The translations under genes were made by a program, and so were the position numbers. 64,000 nucleotides of DNA, from the NCBI GenBank assembly GCA_029259175.1, contig JAPDJH010000002.1, positions 128,673 to 192,672 on the forward strand, written 5' to 3'. The notes under the pieces were generated by a model, which did no database searches, was not told where the DNA came from, and was given only the letters and a program-made list of their open reading frames with translations. Of the stretch, positions 49,738 to 57,348 are shown in pieces. How positions within the stretch are numbered: the first letter of the stretch is position 1; every line of letters begins with the position of its first letter. The stretch comes from Hadesarchaea archaeon. Its GTDB lineage: Archaea; Hadarchaeota; Hadarchaeia; Hadarchaeales; Hadarchaeaceae.

Positions 49738-51072
49738 TCACTCCCTCCAAGGGGGCGGATATGTGTCGGCACGTGTCCGCTCAGAGATCTCACCAGCCAC
49801 GTTTTGGCGCATGAGCTGAGCCACCTTCTCCATTCGCCGGGTGTGGCCCAGAACCCACATGAGCTTCACGTAGGCGGTTTCGGGCAACATATCATCGGCC
49901 GGGATCACGCCCAAACTCAGCAAATCGCGCCCGGTCGAGTACACGTTCATGTTTATGCGCCCCCAGAGGCACTGAGAAGTCATGACCACAGGAATGCCGG
50001 CAGAGATGGCGTGTTTGATGCCGTCGAACATGGAGCTGGGCGCGTGGCCCAGACCGGTTCCTTCTAGCACTATTCCGTGATAGCCGCGATCGACGGCAGC
50101 TCGAATTAGGTCAGCGCTGGCACCGGGAGTGGCTTTGATCAGGACCACGCGGGGGTCGAACTTGGCGTCGACGCGAACGCGGCCTTTCTCGGCGGCCCGG
50201 CGGTAATCCGTGCGCAGGAGGCGGATCTCAGATCCACGGACTACGGCGAGAGGCAGGTCATTTATTGAGTGAAAAGCATCGCGGCGGCTGGTGTGGCACT
50301 TTCGGACGCGGGTGCCGCGGTGGACCAAGCAGTAGTCATCGCTGGTGGATCCGTGCATTACCACGGTGACCTCTGCGATGTCGGATGTGGATGCGACGCT
50401 GACTGCTGAGATCAAATTGAGGGCTGCGTCGCTGCTGGGGCGGTCGGAGGAGCGCTGGGAGCCCACCAGGACCACGGGGCGGAAAAGACCGATCAGCATA
50501 AAGCTCAGTGCCGCAGCGGTGTAGCCCATCGTGTCGGTCCCATGTGCGATCACGACTCCGCGCGCTCCGCGGTTGAGCTCATGCGCGGCGGCCCGACCGA
50601 TTCGCGTCCAGAGCGCAGGGGTCATGTGCTCGCTGAACACATTGCAGACTTCGCGGACACGGATGTTTGCGATGTCTGCGAGTTCGGGGACTGCGCTGTA
50701 TATCTCCTCAGGAGTGAAAGCCGGAAAAACTGCTCCGGTGCGATAGTCGACGCGGCTGGCGATGGTTCCACCGGTGCCCAGAATCGCCACGGTGGGTTTG
50801 GATGGGTCGGGACGAACGGGCAGTGAGGGAATGGAGAGCTTGGGAGGACGGCCGCGCTCGAGGACACGCACGCGAGTCTGGGAATCGACGCGCACACCGA
50901 TGTTGTAGCCATTGGGCAGTTTCAGCACGAGGTGGCGGTCGTCGCCGAGTTCGGAGCGTGGCATGAGGATTCCCTCATAGACCCGGCCGGCGCTTTCGAT
51001 GCGCACACGATCCCCGACGCGTGCACGGGCAGAAGCGAGCACGCGCTTGGCGATTCCGCAGTATCCGGTCAT
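49738..51072 (-). CDS. gatD: Glu-tRNA(Gln) amidotransferase subunit D
   Basis: The asparaginase-like motif is TGGTIAS. The track ORF extension to 51246 runs antisense across tRNA-Phe and is rejected. Confidence 0.9.
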   Translation of the reverse strand: MTGYCGIAKRVLASARARVGDRVRIESAGRVYEGILMPRSELGDDRHLVLKLPNGYNIGVRVDSQTRVRVLERGRPPKLSIPSLPVRPDPSKPTVAILGTGGTIASRVDYRTGAVFPAFTPEEIYSAVPELADIANIRVREVCNVFSEHMTPALWTRIGRAAAHELNRGARGVVIAHGTDTMGYTAAALSFMLIGLFRPVVLVGSQRSSDRPSSDAALNLISAVSVASTSDIAEVTVVMHGSTSDDYCLVHRGTRVRKCHTSRRDAFHSINDLPLAVVRGSEIRLLRTDYRRAAEKGRVRVDAKFDPRVVLIKATPGASADLIRAAVDRGYHGIVLEGTGLGHAPSSMFDGIKHAISAGIPVVMTSQCLWGRINMNVYSTGRDLLSLGVIPADDMLPETAYVKLMWVLGHTRRMEKVAQLMRQNVAGEISERTRADTYPPPWRE

Positions 51073-51168
51073 TCCACCAGCTAACCTATTGTGGGCTTCC
51101 TTAAATGACTCGCTCCCGGGTTCTAAGCCAAAAAATCTAATAAAAACAAAGGTTGGAAACATATCGGG

Positions 51169-51245
51169 GCGGAGGTAGCTCAGGCTGGGAGAGCGTCGGA
51201 CTGAAGATCCGAGTGTCGGGGGTTCAAATCCCCCCCTCCGCACCA
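51169..51245 (+). tRNA. tRNA-Phe (anticodon GAA), CCA encoded
   Basis: GCGGAGGTAGCTCAGGCTGGGAGAGCGTCGGACTGAAGATCCGAGTGTCGGGGGTTCAAATCCCCCCCTCCGCACCA. The cloverleaf was checked by hand. Confidence 0.9.
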
Positions 51246-51256
51246 CCTAAAAAGTG

Positions 51257-51297
51257 ATTAAGTGCCCCCTCCCGCACTAATTTACCGGTAAAATGAG
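51257..51297. repeat. Left copy of ~40-bp imperfect direct repeat flanking hicBA; resembles tRNA-Phe 3' end and contains palindrome TTTACCGGTAAA
   Basis: The left copy reads agtgccccctcccgcactaatttaccggtaaaatgag. The right copy at 51825-51868 reads agtgactctcccctttcacaccaatttacctgtaaaatggag. Confidence 0.6.
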
Positions 51298-51311
51298 TTT
51301 TGTCTGGATGA

Positions 51312-51530
51312 TCAGAGCAGTTCTACGAACTCTTCCACGGTTATTCCAGCTGCCTTGAGAGTGAGATGCAAGGTCTTCTTTTTCAACGTCCGGTGAAGCG
51401 GCACCGTTAGCTTGATGACGCCCTCCGGAGTCTCTTTTTCCAGCCTCACATGACTGCCTTTTACGACAACAAAACCCGCCCGAGTAAGAGCTTTCACCGT
51501 TTCTGCTCCAGAAACAACTGGTAGCTTCAT
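51312..51530 (-). CDS. hicA: HicA-family toxin (mRNA interferase)
   Basis: MKLPVVSGAETVKALTRAGFVVVKGSHVRLEK... has the HicA fold signature (K-x-L...G...KGSH). Confidence 0.7.
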   Translation of the reverse strand: MKLPVVSGAETVKALTRAGFVVVKGSHVRLEKETPEGVIKLTVPLHRTLKKKTLHLTLKAAGITVEEFVELL

Positions 51531-51548
51531 CCAAATCCTCTGATATCG

Positions 51549-51749
51549 CTACACCGAGATCTCGGCGATCTCCACACCAGCTTTGGGCAACGGCTCCTTG
51601 ATATCCTCCAAATAGAGTTCGATAGCCTCCTTTATGTTGCGAAGCGCCTCCTCACGCGTTTCACCCTGCGACACGCATCCAGGCAGGCTCGGCACGTAAA
51701 CGACGTAACCTTCCTCCTTCGCCCGCTCCAAAACTACCTTGAGCTTCAT
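51549..51749 (-). CDS. hicB: HicB-family antitoxin (UPF0150-like)
   Basis: MKLKVVLERAKEEGYVVYVPSLPGCVSQGETREEALRNIKEAIELYLE matches the HicB N-domain. Confidence 0.65.
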   Translation of the reverse strand: MKLKVVLERAKEEGYVVYVPSLPGCVSQGETREEALRNIKEAIELYLEDIKEPLPKAGVEIAEISV

Positions 51750-51824
51750 ACTCCCAGATAACTTTTAGAAAGGCCGTTATAACTACTTCCTGTCAGCGCT
51801 GGTTCTTTACGCTCTTAACCGCAT

Positions 51825-51868
51825 CGAGTGACTCTCCCCTTTCACACCAATTTACCTGTAAAATGGAG
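51825..51868. repeat. Right copy of direct repeat flanking hicBA
   Basis: See the left copy at 51257-51297. Confidence 0.6.
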
Positions 51869-52052
51869 TCTTCATCATGGTTCTCGTTTTTTGGCCAACC
51901 TGCTCAGAATGAAAAACTACGACCTACTCCTGTTCTTTAATTTTTACCGTTTTCTTCAACCTTGGTAGCTTTCGTGCCAACTTGATAACTTTCAACGCCT
52001 TGGAAGTCTTGCCAGCCCAACCATAAGCCAGTCGATTGGAGCCACCCCAGGT

Positions 52053-52757
52053 TCACTCTTCAGCGATCGCTCTTCCACCATATGCGTCGATCACCCGCAC
52101 CACAACGGATCCGTCCTGCTGCCTGATTTCAAAGCGCAACCACTCGCACGCGAAGTTCTCGTTTAGCTCGCGCTCGAACCCCTCCAAGTCGGCAACGCTT
52201 TGAGCCAAGTCGTACACCCGGTAGGCGATGTGGTGCAGCCTCCCGTAGCGCGGAACCACGCCCGCGTCCAGCTGGATGCCAAACGCTCGCACACCGCTCG
52301 CGTGCTCGAACTCCGCCGGCAGATAGCCGTAGGCCCTGAGCCCCCCATCGGGGAGCCACTCGAAGCGAAGCGTGTTCTCGGAGGTGAGCGGCACGCTGAT
52401 GTCGAAACCCGTGTACTCCCACCCCATCGCGATGCGCTCGTTGATGTACTGGCGGGCACGCACTTCCACCTGGGCCTTGTCCTCTCCGCGGCGCCCGCTC
52501 TCATACATGGCGGCTTGGATCACGGTGCGGAGGGCCTCGTTGAGTTCCGTCTGGACGGCCGATGCCATGGCTTTGGTCGTGTCGGTCACCATCGCCTGGT
52601 GCAGAATGGAGAGTTCGGACTCGTACCCGCGAGCGAAGGTCTGGACCGCCAAGTAGGAGGACAAGATAACGAAGACCGTGAAAACAGCAAGAGACGCAGC
52701 AGCACCGCGTTGCTCAGAGAGGGTAGAGTGAGACACGCGCTTCCACCTGCGCCACAT
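52053..52757 (-). CDS. Pilin-like protein E: N-terminal ...SEQRG|AAASLAVFTVFVILSSYLAV (candidate class III signal peptide) plus ~200-aa extracellular domain
   Basis: An [DE][EQ]RG motif immediately precedes a hydrophobic helix. This gene is last in a five-gene co-oriented GC-rich cluster. Confidence 0.45.
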   Translation of the reverse strand: MWRRWKRVSHSTLSEQRGAAASLAVFTVFVILSSYLAVQTFARGYESELSILHQAMVTDTTKAMASAVQTELNEALRTVIQAAMYESGRRGEDKAQVEVRARQYINERIAMGWEYTGFDISVPLTSENTLRFEWLPDGGLRAYGYLPAEFEHASGVRAFGIQLDAGVVPRYGRLHHIAYRVYDLAQSVADLEGFERELNENFACEWLRFEIRQQDGSVVVRVIDAYGGRAIAEE

Positions 52758-53202
52758 GGTTTTCGGCCTCCGCTATCACCAAGGTCACGGTTCCACTAAA
52801 CACGTATTCGTCTCCCGAGGGTGCCGAGTTCTCCGGAACCGTCTGGACCCACAAGCGGTTCTCAAACCGGAGCTCGACACGCGCCCCGTGCTCAGGCGGG
52901 CAAAGGAAGTCCAGAGCCCTGGAAAGTTCTTCGCGTATAACGGATCCCGGGACTGCCGGCTCCCCGATGTCCAGGAGGTTCTCGGCGATGGCACGGAAGA
53001 AAGACACCGAGTAGTTCTCCGGCTGGGCCAGCTCCAGCGCGTGGTAGAGATAGGACGTCTGCAGCTGCAGCTGGCGAGAAGCGACTGCGGGGAGCGCGGT
53101 GAAGCCGAAGCTGTGCAGATAGGCTCCGGCGAGCACCAAGAGCACCAGCATGAGAGTAACCGCGATCGCGTCTGATACCCCGCGCTGGTCTACGCTCGCC
53201 AC
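52714..53202 (-). CDS. Pilin-like protein D: GTG start giving (M)ASVDQRG|VSDAIAVTLMLVLLVLAGAYL
   Basis: It carries the same DQRG-hydrophobic pattern. The track ORF (to 53319) has a spurious N-terminal extension. Confidence 0.45.
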   Translation of the reverse strand: MASVDQRGVSDAIAVTLMLVLLVLAGAYLHSFGFTALPAVASRQLQLQTSYLYHALELAQPENYSVSFFRAIAENLLDIGEPAVPGSVIREELSRALDFLCPPEHGARVELRFENRLWVQTVPENSAPSGDEYVFSGTVTLVIAEAENHVAQVEARVSLYPL

Positions 53203-53612
53203 ACCTGCACCTCCAGCACTCCGGGAACCAGTTTCGTGTTGTCGAAGACCGCAACGGGGAGCGAGAGCGCTGCTACAGGCGTATCGGGCGGAACAGAATC
53301 CCCGTGGCTCGCCGACCACCCATCCAGCGTGCTTATCTGGACACAGAAACTGTAGTTCTCCTGACCCACGCCAACGAGTTCCGGGAGCTGGTCGAGGCGG
53401 GAGGGATCCACGGCGTACTCAACCGTGTTTCCGCCAGCGGTGTACGCCAGCTCGTTGAGAGCCAAATGGTTGGCAATGCTGGAACACGCGTCGGCGAGTT
53501 TAGCGGTGGAGAGCCCCACCCGATAGCTGGAATAAGCGGACACGAGCAGCGCTAAGAAGACCACCACGAGCAGAGCGACCACAATTGAACGGAAGATGCG
53601 CACTAGGTCCAC
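53190..53612 (-). CDS. Small membrane-anchored protein C (N-terminal TM RIFRSIVVALLVVVFLALLVSA, no RG motif)
   Basis: There is a candidate GTG start at 53612 overlapping the upstream gene's stop by 10 nt. The long N-terminal extension in the track (Ser/Arg-rich) is probably not real. Confidence 0.4.
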   Translation of the reverse strand: MDLVRIFRSIVVALLVVVFLALLVSAYSSYRVGLSTAKLADACSSIANHLALNELAYTAGGNTVEYAVDPSRLDQLPELVGVGQENYSFCVQISTLDGWSASHGDSVPPDTPVAALSLPVAVFDNTKLVPGVLEVQVWRA

Positions 53613-53956
53613 GTGACCACCAGCCGGTTGGCTTGGAGTTCCACCTTCAGCTCGTGCTGACCAGCGGGTACGGGCGCGAGATTGTCGGCGAAGGGCAGAG
53701 GCACTTCGGCTTGTTTGTGATCGATCAGAATGAGGTTGTCGACGAAGTGCATGGTGTAGCCGGACGGGACGGTGATGTTTTCGGTGCGGGAGCCCCCGAA
53801 ATCCGCCACTTGCTGGCAGAGCTCCGACACCCGAAGTAGTGCTTCGGTAGCTGCCTGATCGGCCATCAGAGACTGAAAAACCAAGACTCCGAAGGAGCCC
53901 ACAGACACCGCAAAGAGCGAGAGAACCACCAGAGCCAAGGTTTTGAGGGCTGGCAT
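53603..53956 (-). CDS. Small membrane-anchored protein B (MPALKTLALVVLSLFAVSVGSFGVLVF...)
   Basis: There is one TM helix plus a ~90-aa domain. The start lies 5 nt after gene A's stop. Confidence 0.45.
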   Translation of the reverse strand: MPALKTLALVVLSLFAVSVGSFGVLVFQSLMADQAATEALLRVSELCQQVADFGGSRTENITVPSGYTMHFVDNLILIDHKQAEVPLPFADNLAPVPAGQHELKVELQANRLVVTWT

Positions 53957-53961
53957 GGAAA

Positions 53962-54417
53962 CTACTCAAGGGTAAGCTGTAGTTTTGCGAATGACTCGGT
54001 TCCGTCTGCTCCAGTTGCCTTAATGGTGATTGTGGTTGGACCGGAGAGTGCGGTGTTGTCCACACGTATGATAAGAGTGGATCCAAATGGAGGATCGCCG
54101 CTGGCCGGAGAGAAGCCAACGCTTACTCCAGAGGGTGTGCCGCTTGCAGAGAGAGTCACTGTTTGGTCGTAATCGCCAATTTCCTCCACGCTGACTTCGA
54201 GGTTCACCTCATTCTCACCCGAGTCCGGGATGCCCACGACCAAGCTATAGGAGGTCTGACCCTCGATCGATACGCTGAAGGAGAGAAGCTGCCGGGCCCC
54301 CTTGGAAGCCCACCCGTACACGCCGTAAGCGATTCCCAGTCCGATAACGAGCAGAACGATTCCGGCGAAGAGCTTCATGGCTAGGGGCTCGACTCCGCGC
54401 TCGTCCACGAAGAACAC
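53962..54417 (-). CDS. Pilin-like protein A: (GTG start) MFFVDERG|VEPLAMKLFAGIVLLVIGLGIAY plus C-terminal Ig-like/CARDB-like beta domain
   Basis: A DERG motif is present. The C-terminus reads TVTLSASGTPSGVSVGFSPASG...TTITIKATGADGTESFAKLQLTL, an Ig-like pattern. A TTTTAAA TATA lies ~25 nt upstream on the minus strand. Confidence 0.5.
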   Translation of the reverse strand: MFFVDERGVEPLAMKLFAGIVLLVIGLGIAYGVYGWASKGARQLLSFSVSIEGQTSYSLVVGIPDSGENEVNLEVSVEEIGDYDQTVTLSASGTPSGVSVGFSPASGDPPFGSTLIIRVDNTALSGPTTITIKATGADGTESFAKLQLTLE

Positions 54418-54461
54418 CTGTAGAATTTTGGCTGCGTGGGTTTAAAACTGGAGCGGTCGGG

Positions 54462-54483
54462 AACTACACACCCCTGTGTAGCT
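54462..54483. repeat. 22-bp hairpin inverted repeat, copy 1 (AACTACACA-CCCC-TGTGTAGCT; 1 mismatch), ~15 bp upstream of the pilin-operon TATA
   Basis: This was read directly from the sequence. It lies between the HTH gene stop (54493) and the gene A promoter. Confidence 0.85.
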
Positions 54484-54492
54484 GACCTGCCG

Positions 54493-54789
54493 CTAGAGCC
54501 GAATCCCGAGCTTTCTGAGATCTGAGATGTGGCGGCGCATTTCGAATCGAAGGATTTCCTTCACCCTTTCTGGGCCTAAGCGCCATGCCTCCTCGAGTAG
54601 CTTGACCGCGGCGGTGTTGCTGGGGGTGTGCAGATCGCTCCGAATCCAATTCACGACGGCTTGAACGCTGACACCGCAGAGGCCAGCAATTTCAGAAGGC
54701 CTGTATTTTTCCAGCAGGAGTTGCAACAGAGACATCCGGGCCCAGCGGCTGAGGCGCTCCGCTGCCGGGAACCATTTGGCGGGCTTCAC
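54493..54789 (-). CDS. Small helix-turn-helix DNA-binding protein (98 aa), candidate regulator
   Basis: The HTH reads LLLEKYRPSEIAGLCGVSVQAVVNWIRS, with a GTG start. A TTTAAAAG TATA sits ~30 nt upstream on the minus strand, with IR copy 2 ~16 bp beyond it. Confidence 0.5.
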   Translation of the reverse strand: MKPAKWFPAAERLSRWARMSLLQLLLEKYRPSEIAGLCGVSVQAVVNWIRSDLHTPSNTAAVKLLEEAWRLGPERVKEILRFEMRRHISDLRKLGIRL

Positions 54790-54844
54790 GGTTCTCGCCT
54801 CTCCTTTAGATGGGGGTTGCTTTTAAACGGAAAAACGGGAGCAT

Positions 54845-55202
54845 AACTACACACCCCTGTGTAGTTCCAAAGCGAAAACAACCGCAGTTCTATCTGCTCC
54901 GAGGGGTTGAAGCCAGCTACGCGCTTCCGCATAGTAACTACACACCCCTGTGTAGTTCAGGGAGAAACAACAGCAATTTTATTCTCCTCCGAGGGGAACC
55001 AGCTACGCGCTTCCGCATAGTCTGCAAAAACCTTCTGGCTTCACCATGTGATGTACAACTACACACCCCTGTGTAGTTCCAAGACGTAACCAACCGTAGC
55101 TCTATTCTCATTTAGCTAAAGTCAGCTACACACCCCTGTGTAGCCAGCAGGGGCCGACCTCGCTCCACTGCGCGAATCTGCAACTACACACCCCTGTGTA
55201 GT
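54845..55202. repeat. Array of five further copies of the 22-bp hairpin repeat AACTACACACCCCTGTGTAGTT (54845-54866, 54936-54957, 55056-55077, 55123-55144 [variant AGCTACACACCCCTGTGTAGCC], 55181-55202), all same orientation, with partially conserved ~30-nt sequence after each
   Basis: The copies were counted by eye. Spacings are 69, 98, 45 and 36 nt. The flank after copies 2 and 3 shares ctcctccgagggg...ccagctacgcgcttccgcatagt. The array ends 43 nt before the nrdJ ATG. Confidence 0.85.
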
Positions 55203-55245
55203 TCCACCAAGCAAAACTCTGAAATCCGCGCGCGTCGAAGAAATC

Positions 55246-57348
55246 TTGGACCCCATGCCTATTGAGAAAGTGCAAAAAAGAGACGGCCGAATTGTCGATT
55301 TCGACCAGCGCCTGATCACCGACGCCATCCACCGCGCCTTCATAGCAGCCCAACAGCCCGACAGAAAGCGTGTCAAAAAGCTCTCCGACCGCGTCGTGCG
55401 TGCCCTCGAGCGCAAATTCCGCAACCGCGTACCGAGCGTCGAGCAGATCCAAGACACCGTCGTCCAAGTCCTCCAGCGCTCCGGCTATCCAGAGATAGCC
55501 CGCGAGTACCAGCGTTACCGCAAGCAGAAGGCCGAGCTCCGCCGCCTTCGCCACCAGTTCGGCCTCGACGCTGAGCCAAAACTAACCGCAAACGCCCTCG
55601 AGGTCCTCCGCCGCCGCTACCTAAGACGCGACGAGCGCGGAAAAATCGTAGAGACCCCTGCCCAGCTCTTCAGCCGAGTAGCCAAGGCGATCGCATCCGT
55701 GGAGCGTCGCTACGGCCAGAAACCCCAGCCCCTCTACGAGCGCTTTTTCCGAGTCCTCAGCCGCCTCGAGTTTCTCCCCAACTCTCCCACCCTCTTCAAC
55801 GCTGGGACCCCGCTCGGCCAGCTCAGCGCTTGCTTCGTCCTGCCCGTGGAGGACAGCCTCACAAGCATCTTCGATACTGTCAAACACACCGCTTTAATCG
55901 AGCAGACCGGCGGGGGTGTGGGCTTCAGCTTCTCACGCCTGCGCCCAGCCGGCGATGTGGTGCGCTCCACCAGCGGTGTTGCATCGGGACCGCTCTCCTT
56001 CATGCGCGTTTTCGACACGGTGACCGATGTAATCAAAGCCGGCGGAAAGCGCAGGGGTGCCATGATGGGTGTGCTCAGCATCGATCATCCGGACGTGGAG
56101 CAGTTCATCACCGCCAAATCCGATCCCCAGAACCTCACCAACTTCAACCTCTCCGTCGCTGTCACCGACCGCTTCATGCGCGCAGTGCTCCGCGGATCGA
56201 CTCACTCGCTTGTGAACCCCCGCACTGGCCGAACCGTGCGCCGCGTCCAGGCCCGCAAGCTCTGGAACCTCATCGTCCGCAGCGCCTGGCGCACCGGGGA
56301 CCCGGGCCTGCTCTTCATCGACGAGATCAACCGGCACAATCCCACCCCTGCGCTCGGCCGCATCGAGGCCACCAACCCGTGTGGCGAAATCCCCCTCCTC
56401 CCCTACGAGTCATGCAACCTCGGAAGCATCAACCTGAGCCGGATGGCCGCTCCCGTGCGCGACGGGTGGGAGCTCGACTGGGACAAGCTCAGAGAGACCG
56501 TGCGCCTCGGCGCCCACTTCCTCGACAACGTCATCGATGCCAACCGCTACCCGCTCCCCCAGATCGAGCGCGCCACGCGCGCCACCCGCAAGATAGGTCT
56601 TGGAGTGATGGGATGGGCCGAACTCCTCATCAAGCTCGGAATCCCCTACGATTCGCCCCAGGCCGTCCGCCTTGCTTCCCGCCTCATGCGCTTCGTCTCT
56701 CGCCATGCCCGCGAGCGGTCCCGCGAGCTGGGCGAGGAGCGCGGCTCTTTTCCCGCTTTCTCCCAGAGCCGCTGGGCGTCCCGCTTCTCAGCGCTCCGGA
56801 ACGCCACAGTTACCGCTATCGCCCCCACTGGCAGCATCTCGATCATCGCCGGGTGCTCGTCCGGAATCGAGCCGCTCTTCGCGGTGGTCTTCATGCGGCG
56901 CGTTTTGGACGGGAGCCGCCTGCTCGAAATCAACCCCCTCTTCGAGCTCACCGCAAAGAGGCGCGGTTTTTACAGCGCCGAGCTGCTCCGGCGCATCGCT
57001 CGCAGGGGATCCATTCGCGGAGTCCGAGAGATCCCTTCCGATGTGCAGGAGCTCTTCGCGACCGCCCTAGACATCGACTCGAAATGGCACGTCCGAATGC
57101 AAGCGGCCTTTCAGCGCTATACGGACAACGCCGTATCTAAAACCATCAACCTCCCGCCAGATGCGGCGCCCTCCGATGTGGAGCGTGCCTTCATGCTCGC
57201 GTGGCGGCTCAAGTGCAAGGGCATCACCGTGTACCGCTACGGGAGCAAGCCGCAACAAGTCCTCTACGTGGGAGGTCCGGGTTATCTCGAGGCAGAAGCG
57301 GAGTACGCTGGGGGGTGCATGACGGGTACGTGTCCCTTCCCAGGGTGA
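55246..57348 (+). CDS. nrdJ: Class II (adenosylcobalamin-dependent) ribonucleotide reductase with N-terminal ATP-cone
   Basis: The ATP-cone reads KVQKRDGRIVDFDQRLITDAI. The active-site region is NPCGEIPL, and the C-terminal tail is CMTGTCPFPG. Confidence 0.85.
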   Translation: MDPMPIEKVQKRDGRIVDFDQRLITDAIHRAFIAAQQPDRKRVKKLSDRVVRALERKFRNRVPSVEQIQDTVVQVLQRSGYPEIAREYQRYRKQKAELRRLRHQFGLDAEPKLTANALEVLRRRYLRRDERGKIVETPAQLFSRVAKAIASVERRYGQKPQPLYERFFRVLSRLEFLPNSPTLFNAGTPLGQLSACFVLPVEDSLTSIFDTVKHTALIEQTGGGVGFSFSRLRPAGDVVRSTSGVASGPLSFMRVFDTVTDVIKAGGKRRGAMMGVLSIDHPDVEQFITAKSDPQNLTNFNLSVAVTDRFMRAVLRGSTHSLVNPRTGRTVRRVQARKLWNLIVRSAWRTGDPGLLFIDEINRHNPTPALGRIEATNPCGEIPLLPYESCNLGSINLSRMAAPVRDGWELDWDKLRETVRLGAHFLDNVIDANRYPLPQIERATRATRKIGLGVMGWAELLIKLGIPYDSPQAVRLASRLMRFVSRHARERSRELGEERGSFPAFSQSRWASRFSALRNATVTAIAPTGSISIIAGCSSGIEPLFAVVFMRRVLDGSRLLEINPLFELTAKRRGFYSAELLRRIARRGSIRGVREIPSDVQELFATALDIDSKWHVRMQAAFQRYTDNAVSKTINLPPDAAPSDVERAFMLAWRLKCKGITVYRYGSKPQQVLYVGGPGYLEAEAEYAGGCMTGTCPFPG

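Noticed and set aside
48912-49814. 300-aa plus-strand ORF, and the similar ORFs 55830..57140 and 22129..23115
   Set aside because: These are antisense or alternate-frame ORFs inside strongly supported GC-rich genes (gatE, nrdJ, trpB2). Their Arg/Pro/Gly-rich composition is typical of GC-rich shadow ORFs.
49738-51246. Track ORF extending gatD to 51246 (502 aa)
   Set aside because: The N-terminal 58 codons are the antisense of tRNA-Phe (…GGFEPPT…) and low-complexity. The real start is MTGYCG at 51072.
54462-55202. The 22-bp repeats as a CRISPR array
   Set aside because: Spacing is irregular (36-361 nt). The repeats are hairpin-palindromic and partly embedded in conserved flanks, and there are no cas genes nearby. 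The pattern fits operator or REP-like elements, not CRISPR.
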